DNA from: a virus
Taxonomy: Duplodnaviria > Caudoviricetes
Direction: 5' to 3' (one strand)
Length of the DNA: 37,640 nt
IMG/VR virus record: IMGVR_UViG_3300038393_001050
Coordinates: 1 to 37,640 of that record
Position numbers and translations under genes: made by a program. The notes under the pieces were generated by a model, which saw only the letters and a list, made by a program, of their open reading frames with translations, ran no database searches and had not been told where the DNA came from. Shown here in pieces: positions 24,758-33,530 of the stretch; position 1 is the stretch's first letter; every line of letters begins with the position of its first letter.

Positions 24758-26994
24758 TGGCTCAGCAAATCACCGATGCGGATGCGCTGGCCATCCTGCA
24801 GTCAACGCAGGCATCTCCGGCGTCTTCCGCAACGTCGTCCGGCATTACCGATCCTGACGCCATGGCGGTGTTGCAGAGCGCACAGGAAGCGCCCCACTGG
24901 ACGCCCGAGCAGCAGGCCGTGGCGGACCAGGAAGCGGCGAACGGTCGCGCCCTGTTCGCGCCTACGGCGATGGATCGCGCGCTATCGGCCAACAAGCAGG
25001 CCGGAATGGCCGAGTGGCATTACATCAGCGATCCCCTGCTTAGTGCGGCGCAGATGCTTGGGCACGGCATCCAGTCGGCGGCCGATGCAGCCTATGGGCC
25101 GCCAGATCAGCCGGGGCAGGTGCGTGGCGGCGTTGCCGGCATGATCGACACTACGGCCCGCAACTTCGACCAGCGACTGGCCGACCGGGAAGCGGCATAC
25201 AAGCAATCGCAGCCAGATACGGCAGCCTCCCATGTGGGTGCAGCCATGGGCATGGTGGCTCCGTTCGTCGTGGGCGGCCCCGCATCGCTCGGCGGCAAGA
25301 TAGCCGAAGGCGCGGACTACGCAACGCAATTTGCGAACAAGTTCCCGCTGCTGCAAAAGATGCTTTCTGGCGGACTGCAGGGGAGCGTCCTTGGCTCGCT
25401 ACAGCCTGTAACGCAGGGCGACTTTGCCCAGCAGAAAACGGCGCAGACGGCGCTAGGCACGGCAGCGGGTGGTGTATTCCCGCTGATCGCCAGGGCGGGG
25501 CAGGAGATCTACAACGCTGGCGTGCCGCTGGTGAATCCCATGGGCGCTGCGCGTGATTTCGTCGGGCGCGTGCTGGGCGATGCGGCGCCGCAAGTGGCTC
25601 AGAACCTTCGCTCAGCCCCCACGCTCGTTCCCGGTTCGCTGCCGACCGCCGCGCAGGTGGGGCAGTCGATCCCGCTAGTGCAGGCCGAAAAGGCGCTTGC
25701 TAACCAGTCCCCGGAGTTCAAGGGCGCACTGGCCGCGCGTGGTCAGGCCAACAACCAGGCTCGACTGGACGCCATCCAGAACGTCGCCGGCACGCCGCAG
25801 ACGCTACAGGCGGCGCAGGATGCTCGCCGTACGGCTATCGACCCCTTCGTGTCGCAATACCTCACCGACTCCAAGCCGGGCGTGCGCTGGCAGGGTGCGC
25901 AAGATGCCTTCCAGACCTTGGTGGATAACCCTGGGCGTATGTCCTCGGGCGATTTCGACGCGCTGTCGCAGGCGAACAAGATCGCCGCCAAGGTCCGAAG
26001 CGGCGCCATGCAGGAGGATGACGCACTAGCCGAGTTGAAGGATCTGGGCGATTCGGTCACCAGCAAGAAGGCGCAAGATGCCTTCCATGCGGCGACCGGT
26101 GCCATCAACCGCAACATGGTTGATCCCTCGGGCGTCCTGCAAACCCTCAAGACACTGCGCTATGGCCCGCTCGGCGTTAATCCGCAGCGGGCAAACACGT
26201 TGGATTCACTCATTTCAAGCGTGCAAGGCAGCCAGAATATCAATGGGCTGGTGGGCACGGATCTATTGGATGCAGTGCGCCAGGAAACGGGTAAACTAGC
26301 CCGTCAGGCCAGCGGCCAAAACGGCATGGCCTATGGGAGCGCCAATGATTCGCTTGTCCAGGCTATCGACCGAGTCGCACCGGGGTATGCTAATTACCTG
26401 GGGGCGTATGCACGAGCGTCCCAGCCAATCACCGACCAGCGAGCCGCGTCTGGCATTCTGGATCGCCTTGGTTCTGTGGGCCTCGGTGCTGACCAGCGCC
26501 CTGTTCTCACGCTGAGCCGCTACAACAGCGCACTCAACCAGGCTAACAAAGGCCCGTTCCCGCTTTCCCCACAGGCGCAGGATGCGCTGGGCAATGTCCA
26601 GAAGGATCTGCAGCGCGAGGGTGTCTCCAACTCTGTGCGCACACCGGGATCGGATACCGACTACAACCTCAATGCGCGCGGCTGGCTGGCGTCCAAGCTA
26701 TACGGAAGCAACTTCAACGGCGGCGGACCGGCTGGCAAGTTGGTGGGCGCCGCTTTGGGTAGCGTCGTGCCCGGCATCGGCACGGTGGGCGGCTATCTCG
26801 GGGCAGAGAAGCTCGCCAGTGTCGCCAATTCGCGCGTATTCGATGCCGTCCAGAAGTTGATGCTCAACCCGCGCACGATGGCGGATGAGCTGGACAAGCT
26901 GGCGGCCAAGAACCCGACACTCGCCAAGGCTCTAGGCCGCATTACGCAGCAGCAGGCGGCTTATTCCGCACCGCAAGTCACGCACCAGCCCTAA
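24757..26994 (+). CDS. Large DNA ejection protein (gp16-like position)
   Basis: Ala/Gly-rich hydrophobic segments, GSDTDYN motif, C-terminal LMLNP; synteny. Confidence 0.75.
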   Translation: MAQQITDADALAILQSTQASPASSATSSGITDPDAMAVLQSAQEAPHWTPEQQAVADQEAANGRALFAPTAMDRALSANKQAGMAEWHYISDPLLSAAQMLGHGIQSAADAAYGPPDQPGQVRGGVAGMIDTTARNFDQRLADREAAYKQSQPDTAASHVGAAMGMVAPFVVGGPASLGGKIAEGADYATQFANKFPLLQKMLSGGLQGSVLGSLQPVTQGDFAQQKTAQTALGTAAGGVFPLIARAGQEIYNAGVPLVNPMGAARDFVGRVLGDAAPQVAQNLRSAPTLVPGSLPTAAQVGQSIPLVQAEKALANQSPEFKGALAARGQANNQARLDAIQNVAGTPQTLQAAQDARRTAIDPFVSQYLTDSKPGVRWQGAQDAFQTLVDNPGRMSSGDFDALSQANKIAAKVRSGAMQEDDALAELKDLGDSVTSKKAQDAFHAATGAINRNMVDPSGVLQTLKTLRYGPLGVNPQRANTLDSLISSVQGSQNINGLVGTDLLDAVRQETGKLARQASGQNGMAYGSANDSLVQAIDRVAPGYANYLGAYARASQPITDQRAASGILDRLGSVGLGADQRPVLTLSRYNSALNQANKGPFPLSPQAQDALGNVQKDLQREGVSNSVRTPGSDTDYNLNARGWLASKLYGSNFNGGGPAGKLVGAALGSVVPGIGTVGGYLGAEKLASVANSRVFDAVQKLMLNPRTMADELDKLAAKNPTLAKALGRITQQQAAYSAPQVTHQP

Positions 26995-27434
26995 TTGCAG
27001 GGATGCCCCTCGTACATCGAGGCGATGAGGATAGCCAAGGAAGCCTTGCCGTGTTCGTCCGGGTGCTTTGTCCAGTAGGTGGCGTACTTGCGGGCCACGT
27101 CAACCAGCGATAGCTGCTCTAGGTACATCCGGCACCGGCCGCCGCGAGGCGTTTGATTAAGCAAAGACATGGCAGCGGCAGCCTGCCCCGCGCCACTAAA
27201 CCAGCCGGATGCCATGTTAAACAGCGTGACCTGTTCGGGCGTGAAGGTCCGGGCATTCCCGTCGTCATAGGCAAGTATCAAGGTGGCGCCTTGATACATA
27301 TTCTCGCCTGTCCACTGGTTGTTATTGGGCAGATAGACCTGCGCTGAGAACGCGCGCAGGGGCATCAACGCCATTGCCACAAACACCACGAAAACCGATG
27401 CGCCAGTCATCAGGCGCCGCTTTGCCGTGCGCAT
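26991..27434 (-). CDS. Periplasmic Rap1a/Tai-like immunity-family protein (moron)
   Basis: Signal peptide; WTGENMY...GWFSG...C...KYATYWTKHPDEHGKA...MYEGHPC pattern; AGGAGG RBS; antisense to the late operon. Confidence 0.65.
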   Translation of the reverse strand: MRTAKRRLMTGASVFVVFVAMALMPLRAFSAQVYLPNNNQWTGENMYQGATLILAYDDGNARTFTPEQVTLFNMASGWFSGAGQAAAAMSLLNQTPRGGRCRMYLEQLSLVDVARKYATYWTKHPDEHGKASLAILIASMYEGHPCN

Positions 27435-27454
27435 AAAACCTCCTTCGGATACCT

Positions 27455-29989
27455 ATGGGCTGCCAAATTTCGACCAACCAGGCTCCCCAGCAGCCTACCA
27501 CGGTCCTGCCCGCTAATCTCCCGCAGACGCAAGCGGACTGGTCGCGCTTCATCCAGCGCATGCAGGAGATGCTGTCCGCCATTCGTGCCGCTGGATACAC
27601 GACCGGCGTTAATGCGATCCCTACGCAATACAGCGTCTACGATGGAACGGCGCTTCCGGGACTTCGCCTTACGGGCGCTACAGCGTCCCTTGATAACGCT
27701 AACGCGCAGTTCGGCGTAGCGTCGATCAAGCTGGTAGCGACAGGAACGCAAATCGTTCTGACGCTGGCGGCGACCGGATACCCCGCCACAATCCATCCTT
27801 ATTGGAAGTGGATTGCTTCGCTCTATTGCCGGACCGATCAAGCCAGCCTCTCGGGCACGCTTGCGGTCGCTACTGCTGCCAATGCCTATAGCGACGACAT
27901 CAGCGGCCCCGTAACCGCCCTCACGTGGTCGCGGCTGTACGGCAACTATGACCTGACGGCTGACGCATCCACCGCCGCCACGCTCACGCTCACGCTCAAC
28001 ACCGTTGTAGGTGCGACCTACTGGCTAGAGGCTTGGCAGTTGGAGCCGGTGCAGGGCGATACCTCACTCCCGTCGCCCTTCATCATCACCTCTCCGCCTC
28101 GCACTTGGGGACAGGTGGTAAACGACGGTAATAAGCCGGCCGATGGCGCGGATGTCACGGGTGCCGTCACCGGAACGCCGGTCTACAACCCCAAGTTCGT
28201 CACCGATACCTCAGGCTGGACGTTCGACACGGCCGGCAGCGGCGAGTGGTATCGGGAGACGGGTTCCAATAGCCCCGATGCCAGCACCGGCACGTATCTA
28301 TTGCACAAGGGCGTGACCGGGCAGACGACCACCTGCGCTCACAACACCGGCGGCGGCATCGCTGTGAAGACCGGGCAGGTTGTTACAGTGACAGTGGGCC
28401 TTCGCTCGGTCGGAGCTAACGCTGGCTCCCGTGCCTACGCGCGCATCGGCTGGTACGACAAGTCCGGCGCATATATCACGAACAGCACACAAGGCGTGAC
28501 CATCTGCACGTCCGACACGGGAAGTAACTACTTCTCCCAGGGCGTCAGCCGCGTGACGGGTATTGCGCCGACGAACGCCGTTCGCGCCATTGTCGAAATC
28601 GAGTACGACAGCCACACCTCTGGATACTTCAGCGCAACCAGCTGCACCATCGCGGCGCTTCCGGCTAGCCTGGATGAGGTGCCGGATGGACCAACGTTCG
28701 TAAGGCGCATGCAGTCGGTCGGATCAGGTGCGGCGTGGGACATCGATAACGCCTTGTTCCAGGTTGCCACGGCTGGGTCTTTCACGGTCCCCGGATGGGT
28801 AGCGCGCGCTGGTTGCACGATCTATTCGCAGTCGAGTTCACCGGCCCCATCGGTGGGCACTAATTACCTCGTGTTGCAGACCACCTCGGGCGCCGCAAAC
28901 AGCGTCGACACGGCCAAGTCTTTTCCAGTAGTCGTCGGCGACAAGATTTCGATATCCGGGCTTGTTAATGCCTTGAGCGGTGCAGCGACCAGCCTGCAAG
29001 TCAATTTCTATAGCTCAACAGGCAGCTTCGTCGGGCAGATCACCACGTCGACAGTGACCGCTGCCGCATGGACGCCCTTGGTTGCCTCTGGAACGGTTCC
29101 TTCTGGCGCAGCGGTGGGGCAGGCCACGCTGCATAGCGCGGGCGGCGGGGCGTACTACTCCCTTTTCAACTTCGTGCAGGTCACGGTCAACGACGTTCGC
29201 GTGGCTGGCAGCGGAGCGAAGCTCGGTAATCAGCTCAATGCGCCAAATTCGCTCACGCTCAACTATGGCGCCGTGCGCAGCGCCACGGCTCTGACGGCGA
29301 CCTCGGCTGGCGCCGTATCTGTCAACGCCTTTACCTACTACATGGGCGCGGCGTCGGTGTCGTACAGCGCCGTAAGCAATGCGGTTACCGGGCTCAGTCA
29401 GAGCAGCACGTACAACATCTATACCCATGACGCGAGCGGCACGGGTGGCGCCAAGACCTGGCAGGCGACCAGCAACGTCAACACGCTCCTACAGACCTAC
29501 GATGACATCGTTGTGGCTGGGCAGGTGACGATCCCAACTAGCGGATCAAGTGGCGGCGGCGGGACGGGTGGCTGCCCCGTGGTCGATGCGTGGGTAATCC
29601 GCAAAACATCTTCCGGGCAGGAGTTCGTCCGCGCGGGAAGCATCCGTGCAGGCGATTTCATCCTCAAGGTGAACGGCGAATGGGGATGTGTCATTTACTC
29701 CGAACGCAAGTGGCAGCCCTGCGTGCGCGTCGTGGCTGGCGAGGAACGCGCCCTGTCGTGCTCGCGTAGCGCGCCGCTTGGCCTGGTGCTAGGCGGCTCG
29801 GTGCTGGCGCCCGATGCGGCACGATACGTCCTTAACCAATTGACTGTTGAAGGCGCCTCAGCCGGGCTCATCGAGCGCGTAGACGACATCCCGGAGCAGT
29901 GGGTCCAGCACATCACCTGCGAGAACGACTTCTATTGGGTGGGGGATCACCCAACGTGCCTTTTCTCGCATCACAACCTAAAGCCTTGA
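27455..29989 (+). CDS. Tail fibre / receptor-binding protein with carbohydrate-binding-like modules and a C-terminal Hint domain
   Basis: T/S/G-rich beta modules (NPKF..DTSGW, NALF...PGW), KPADGADVT linker, GGGGTGG|C...HHNLKP terminus. Confidence 0.85.
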   Translation: MGCQISTNQAPQQPTTVLPANLPQTQADWSRFIQRMQEMLSAIRAAGYTTGVNAIPTQYSVYDGTALPGLRLTGATASLDNANAQFGVASIKLVATGTQIVLTLAATGYPATIHPYWKWIASLYCRTDQASLSGTLAVATAANAYSDDISGPVTALTWSRLYGNYDLTADASTAATLTLTLNTVVGATYWLEAWQLEPVQGDTSLPSPFIITSPPRTWGQVVNDGNKPADGADVTGAVTGTPVYNPKFVTDTSGWTFDTAGSGEWYRETGSNSPDASTGTYLLHKGVTGQTTTCAHNTGGGIAVKTGQVVTVTVGLRSVGANAGSRAYARIGWYDKSGAYITNSTQGVTICTSDTGSNYFSQGVSRVTGIAPTNAVRAIVEIEYDSHTSGYFSATSCTIAALPASLDEVPDGPTFVRRMQSVGSGAAWDIDNALFQVATAGSFTVPGWVARAGCTIYSQSSSPAPSVGTNYLVLQTTSGAANSVDTAKSFPVVVGDKISISGLVNALSGAATSLQVNFYSSTGSFVGQITTSTVTAAAWTPLVASGTVPSGAAVGQATLHSAGGGAYYSLFNFVQVTVNDVRVAGSGAKLGNQLNAPNSLTLNYGAVRSATALTATSAGAVSVNAFTYYMGAASVSYSAVSNAVTGLSQSSTYNIYTHDASGTGGAKTWQATSNVNTLLQTYDDIVVAGQVTIPTSGSSGGGGTGGCPVVDAWVIRKTSSGQEFVRAGSIRAGDFILKVNGEWGCVIYSERKWQPCVRVVAGEERALSCSRSAPLGLVLGGSVLAPDAARYVLNQLTVEGASAGLIERVDDIPEQWVQHITCENDFYWVGDHPTCLFSHHNLKP

Positions 29990-29996
29990 GGTAGCC

Positions 29997-30509
29997 ATGG
30001 CGACGCGTATCGACACGATTCCCAACCGGCCGGCCGGAAAGCCCGTGCTGGATTACGAGATCAGCGCCGGCTATGCCCGCGTTGTACTGGACAAGGTGAG
30101 CAACGACGGCAGCACGCTCGTGCTGACTGGCTGGGCCTTCCAGATCAATACGGACGGAACGCCCGTGCTTGACCCTTCCACAATGGCGCCAATCGCCACG
30201 CTGGATAGCACGCGCACAGTCGAACTTTCCGGCGTCATGGCCGGGACGCATACCCTCTATGACGGATGGTGCCGCTACTCACCCGCGTCACAAACCACAT
30301 TGACCGCAGACAACCTTCCCGAAGGATGGACTTCCGGGCATGGCGCACCCACCGCGACTGCCGCAATAGGTGCCGGCTACTACGACCTGGATTCTGGCCT
30401 CGGCTACACGTTCCAACAGGGTTGCCTTGACTTGGTTGCACAGAGCTTCGCTGACGCACTACAGGGTCAGATCAACACCGCCGCCAAACTCGCCACTCTA
30501 GGGATCTAA
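29997..30509 (+). CDS. Hypothetical tail-associated protein
   Basis: GAGG RBS; directly after the fibre gene. Confidence 0.7.
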   Translation: MATRIDTIPNRPAGKPVLDYEISAGYARVVLDKVSNDGSTLVLTGWAFQINTDGTPVLDPSTMAPIATLDSTRTVELSGVMAGTHTLYDGWCRYSPASQTTLTADNLPEGWTSGHGAPTATAAIGAGYYDLDSGLGYTFQQGCLDLVAQSFADALQGQINTAAKLATLGI

Positions 30510-30518
30510 GGAGTACCC

Positions 30519-30830
30519 ATGCCCGCACCAGCCGACTACAACACTTTCCTCGCCAATGTGAACCCTGACGACCTCGCGATGCTGACAACCTTCATCGTCG
30601 GCGTTTCGGTGAGCGCTGGCACGGACGCCACGCTGGCCGACTCCCTGTTCACGCAGGCCCAGCGGCTCTATAGCGCAGGCATGCTGACCAATCTGCACCG
30701 GATCTACAACGATGACGGTTCGGGCAACCTTGAGCAGTCTTATACCGGACTGGTTTCTCCGACGGCTGCAAGCTATGTCGCTAAGCTGGCACGCGAGCGC
30801 ATCGTCCTTTCGCGGGCGCCGCTGCCGTGA
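30519..30830 (+). CDS. Hypothetical protein
   Basis: AAGGAG RBS. Confidence 0.7.
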   Translation: MPAPADYNTFLANVNPDDLAMLTTFIVGVSVSAGTDATLADSLFTQAQRLYSAGMLTNLHRIYNDDGSGNLEQSYTGLVSPTAASYVAKLARERIVLSRAPLP

Positions 30831-30991
30831 TCGCCGGGGCTGTTCTACTCATTCTCCTGGCCGCTGCCGGCCTTGGCTATCGGCAGATCGTGGCGTTGCG
30901 TGGGCGCGTCGCTGCATTGGAGGCGGCCGCCCCCACACCTGACGAGCGCAAAGCGTGGGAAGCGGCTGTGCGAAAGGCCCTAAATACCTGA
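30827..30991 (+). CDS. Small membrane-anchored coiled-coil protein, 54 aa (MIAGAVLLILLAAAGLGYRQ...)
   Basis: Not in the ORF track; GTGA overlap; N-terminal TM. Confidence 0.6.
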   Translation: MIAGAVLLILLAAAGLGYRQIVALRGRVAALEAAAPTPDERKAWEAAVRKALNT

Positions 30992-31147
30992 CGCTTTCTG
31001 CCGGCATCCGCCTACATAACTATCGAATCGACCGACTTAACTTTGGAATCGCCCCGGGGTTCTGGCGGCCAGCCGAGCAGTCTTGCTTGCGTCAGCCGAT
31101 AACCGGGGCGCTCCGTTCCTGAGACGGGGCAGGCGTACCTTCGCGGC

Positions 31148-31408
31148 ATGTCCTGCCCGCCGATCTACTGGAAGCCCCTCCTTGGCGGCCTGCCGTGGTA
31201 TGCCCACCTTCGCGATGCCGGCGGCCCCAACTTCGCCGTGATCGGGGAGTGCGTTGGGCATCTTGACGGTCTGTACTCGGTCAAGATCGCCCGCAAGGGC
31301 CATCCGGATTTGTGGGGCTACGCCGGATCCGTCGAGCAGGCCAAGCGGCACGTCGAGCGGTGGGCGCGGAGCCACTGGCGGACGGTTGGAAGTGGTCCGC
31401 AATCCTGA
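31148..31408 (+). CDS. Hypothetical protein beside attP
   Basis: GSVEQAKRHVERWA motif; apparently leaderless (TACCTT ends 6 nt before the ATG). Confidence 0.65.
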   Translation: MSCPPIYWKPLLGGLPWYAHLRDAGGPNFAVIGECVGHLDGLYSVKIARKGHPDLWGYAGSVEQAKRHVERWARSHWRTVGSGPQS

Positions 31409-31623
31409 TGCCTTCTAGGCTGTGGCTGCCTTCCCAAGCATCAAAAAACCGTCGATTGCGGACCGTTTTCTGGCCTAAGTGTGCGATCCTTAAGCGATCC
31501 GGCCCGGACTTAAAATCCCTCAGCCGCAAGGCTATGCGGGTTCGACCCCCGCTCCGGGCACCAAGGCTTCCCAGCGATTTCGGACTCTCCGTTTTGGTCC
31601 GCAATCCCGATGTTGGTCCGCAA
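31393..31623. repeat. Integrase arm-type sites of attP
   Basis: TGGTCCGCAATCCYGATG at 31393 and 31595, TGGTCCGCAA at 31614, inverted GATTGCGGACC at 31454, degenerate inverted copy at 31576. Confidence 0.8.
31506..31563 (+). other. attP: attP core = 3' part of tRNA-Leu(UAA)
   Basis: GGA-CTTAAAA-TCCCT anticodon region, variable arm AGCC-GCAA-GGCT, T arm GCGGG-TTCGACC-CCCGC, TCCGGGC-A-CCA; no D arm; adjacent to the int 3' end. Confidence 0.9.
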
Positions 31624-31627
31624 AACG

Positions 31628-32659
31628 CTACTTCGTTGGGGTGACTTTCGCCCCTCGGCGCTTCCTGACGTAGTGCTCGGTCATAGTCACCGAGGCGTGG
31701 CCGAGCTGCTGCTGAGCCTGCCGGATATCCTCTACCGCGTCGGCCTTGTCCGTGCCAGCCTTGGCGCGTAGGTCGCGGAACTGGAAGGCCTTCGGCTCGA
31801 TACCGGCCGCCTCGCGCGCCTTGTAGAACCCGCCCTGCAGCATGCTATAGGTCAGCGGCTGGCCGTCCCCGGCAACCACCAGGCGGGTCGCGTGCACCTT
31901 GTAGCCCGCCTTCCGTTCGGCGATGCGCGCCAGCAGCGCCGCCAGTGCCCCACTGACCTCGATCCGGCGCTTGGCCCCGGTCTTCCCCTGGGCGACGTGC
32001 AGGAAGCCCTCGCGCACGTCCCGCTCGTCCATCTTGAGCGTGTCCGCCACGCGCTGGCCGGTCAGGTAGGCCAGATCCATAGCGTCGCGCACGGGCTGGT
32101 CAGCCTGCTCCCAGACGGCAGTGAACATGTCGTCCTCGACGTACACGTCCCGCCCGTCCTCGCGGAAGCCCTTGATGCCTGCGCAGGGGTTCGGAAGCGT
32201 GGTGTATCCCTCGCCGCGAGCCCAGTTCCAGATGTGCGAGAGCAAGGCCTTTTCGCGGTTCGCGCGCACCTTGGCCTTGGCGCCGCGCCATTTCAGGTAC
32301 TGCTTGACGTGCTGCGGCTCGATCGCCTCGAACGGGCATGGTGGGTCGTCGAAGAACGCGTTGAGCTGCTTCAGCTCGCGGCTATTGTCCTTTTGCGTGG
32401 CGGCGCCCTTCGTTGGGACCACCTCGGCCAGGTAGCGCATGCCCACATAGCGAAACGTGACCACGTCGGCAGGCTTCTCTGCACCGGCGCGTTCGATCTC
32501 TGCCCACCGCTTGATGGCCAGCCCGTAGTCAGCGCCCAGCGGCTCCTCGCGGCGCTTCCCGTCCACCAACCCATGGTCGTAGTAATAGAACGTCCGCTTT
32601 CCCTTCTTGCGCGGACGCAGGCGCGGGATCGCTCCCGGCGAAGATGGACGTCGCCCCAT
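31628..32659 (-). CDS. int: Tyrosine integrase
   Basis: TGQRVAD, QGKTG, FRDLRAK, LGH, TEHY catalytic pattern. Confidence 0.97.
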   Translation of the reverse strand: MGRRPSSPGAIPRLRPRKKGKRTFYYYDHGLVDGKRREEPLGADYGLAIKRWAEIERAGAEKPADVVTFRYVGMRYLAEVVPTKGAATQKDNSRELKQLNAFFDDPPCPFEAIEPQHVKQYLKWRGAKAKVRANREKALLSHIWNWARGEGYTTLPNPCAGIKGFREDGRDVYVEDDMFTAVWEQADQPVRDAMDLAYLTGQRVADTLKMDERDVREGFLHVAQGKTGAKRRIEVSGALAALLARIAERKAGYKVHATRLVVAGDGQPLTYSMLQGGFYKAREAAGIEPKAFQFRDLRAKAGTDKADAVEDIRQAQQQLGHASVTMTEHYVRKRRGAKVTPTK

Positions 32660-32661
32660 CG

Positions 32662-32865
32662 TCAGGCGGCCTTGTGTGGCTTCCAGGTGGGCGCAGCTTG
32701 CGCCGCTTCCTCCCGGCCTTCAACCGCCGCCCGGGTAACCACGGGCCAGCCGTGGGCGTCCACGTAGTGGCGGATGCCGTTCTTGCGCAGGAACGCCACC
32801 TGGCCCGCCTTGAGCTTGCAGCGGGTCAGCTCGGCCAGTTCGTCACGGGTAAGGCAAAGGCTCAC
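32662..32865 (-). CDS. Excisionase-like protein (DUF4224-type)
   Basis: LTRDELAELT...QVAFLRKNGIRH...GWPVV; immediately upstream of int. Confidence 0.85.
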   Translation of the reverse strand: MSLCLTRDELAELTRCKLKAGQVAFLRKNGIRHYVDAHGWPVVTRAAVEGREEAAQAAPTWKPHKAA

Positions 32866-33059
32866 GACCTCGCCCTCTCCATTTCGATCCCGAACGCTTT
32901 GTTGTAGTCGGCTCGGGTAGTTGTACGGATGCGCGCAATCCGTGCCTCAAGGCTGCTGATAGCTCGCTGCTTGCCGTCCTCGAAGGCGGCGTCCAGGTCA
33001 GGAAGGTCGGACGCTACGAAGAACTTATGCAGGAAGGAGCAGGTTGCGGTATCGCTCAT
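32862..33059 (-). CDS. Hypothetical protein
   Basis: Coupled ORF in the leftward operon. Confidence 0.6.
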   Translation of the reverse strand: MSDTATCSFLHKFFVASDLPDLDAAFEDGKQRAISSLEARIARIRTTTRADYNKAFGIEMERARS

Positions 33060-33373
33060 CCCACCTCCCGCGCGCTGTTGCGCATGGGCGCGTCATAGTT
33101 CGGTTCGATCAGCCTGCCGCCGCAGTAGGGGCAGTGCTGATAAAGATTGTCGGCCGGATCGCCCGCGATGAACTGGTGCTTGTTGCCGCATGCCGTGTCC
33201 CATGAATCGGTGTCGTCATCAGGCACCCAAAGGCACGGGGCATACCTCGCCACATCCCTCACCGCCGCCTCTAGCTCGGCGCGTCGCTTGCGTAGAAACT
33301 CGTACGCTATCCCCCTGTCGTGCCAAAGGTGCAACGCCTCATCCAGTTCCGCCATCAGGTCAGGCTTGGTCAT
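33056..33373 (-). CDS. Hypothetical protein with Zn finger
   Basis: CLW...WDTACG...HCPYCG. Confidence 0.7.
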   Translation of the reverse strand: MTKPDLMAELDEALHLWHDRGIAYEFLRKRRAELEAAVRDVARYAPCLWVPDDDTDSWDTACGNKHQFIAGDPADNLYQHCPYCGGRLIEPNYDAPMRNSAREVG

Positions 33374-33530
33374 GGGTGGCTCCGGTAGTTGGTCGCGAAT
33401 GTCTATCCGACATCTCCATGGCGAGGCGCGCGATTTCCTTGTCGTCCTCGCTGTCGATGCGGATGGTCACGTCAATACCGAGCCCGGTTACGCGGACGAT
33501 CGGTGCGGCAGGGCATGTTTTCTCACTCAT
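33360..33530 (-). CDS. Small hypothetical protein, 56 aa (MSEKTCPAAPIVRVTG...)
   Basis: Not in the ORF track; ATGA-coupled to the upstream gene. Confidence 0.5.
   Translation of the reverse strand: MSEKTCPAAPIVRVTGLGIDVTIRIDSEDDKEIARLAMEMSDRHSRPTTGATHDQA

Noticed and set aside
31502-31563. Functional decoding tRNA-Leu gene
   Set aside because: No D arm and an incomplete anticodon stem; treated as the att core and possible mimic
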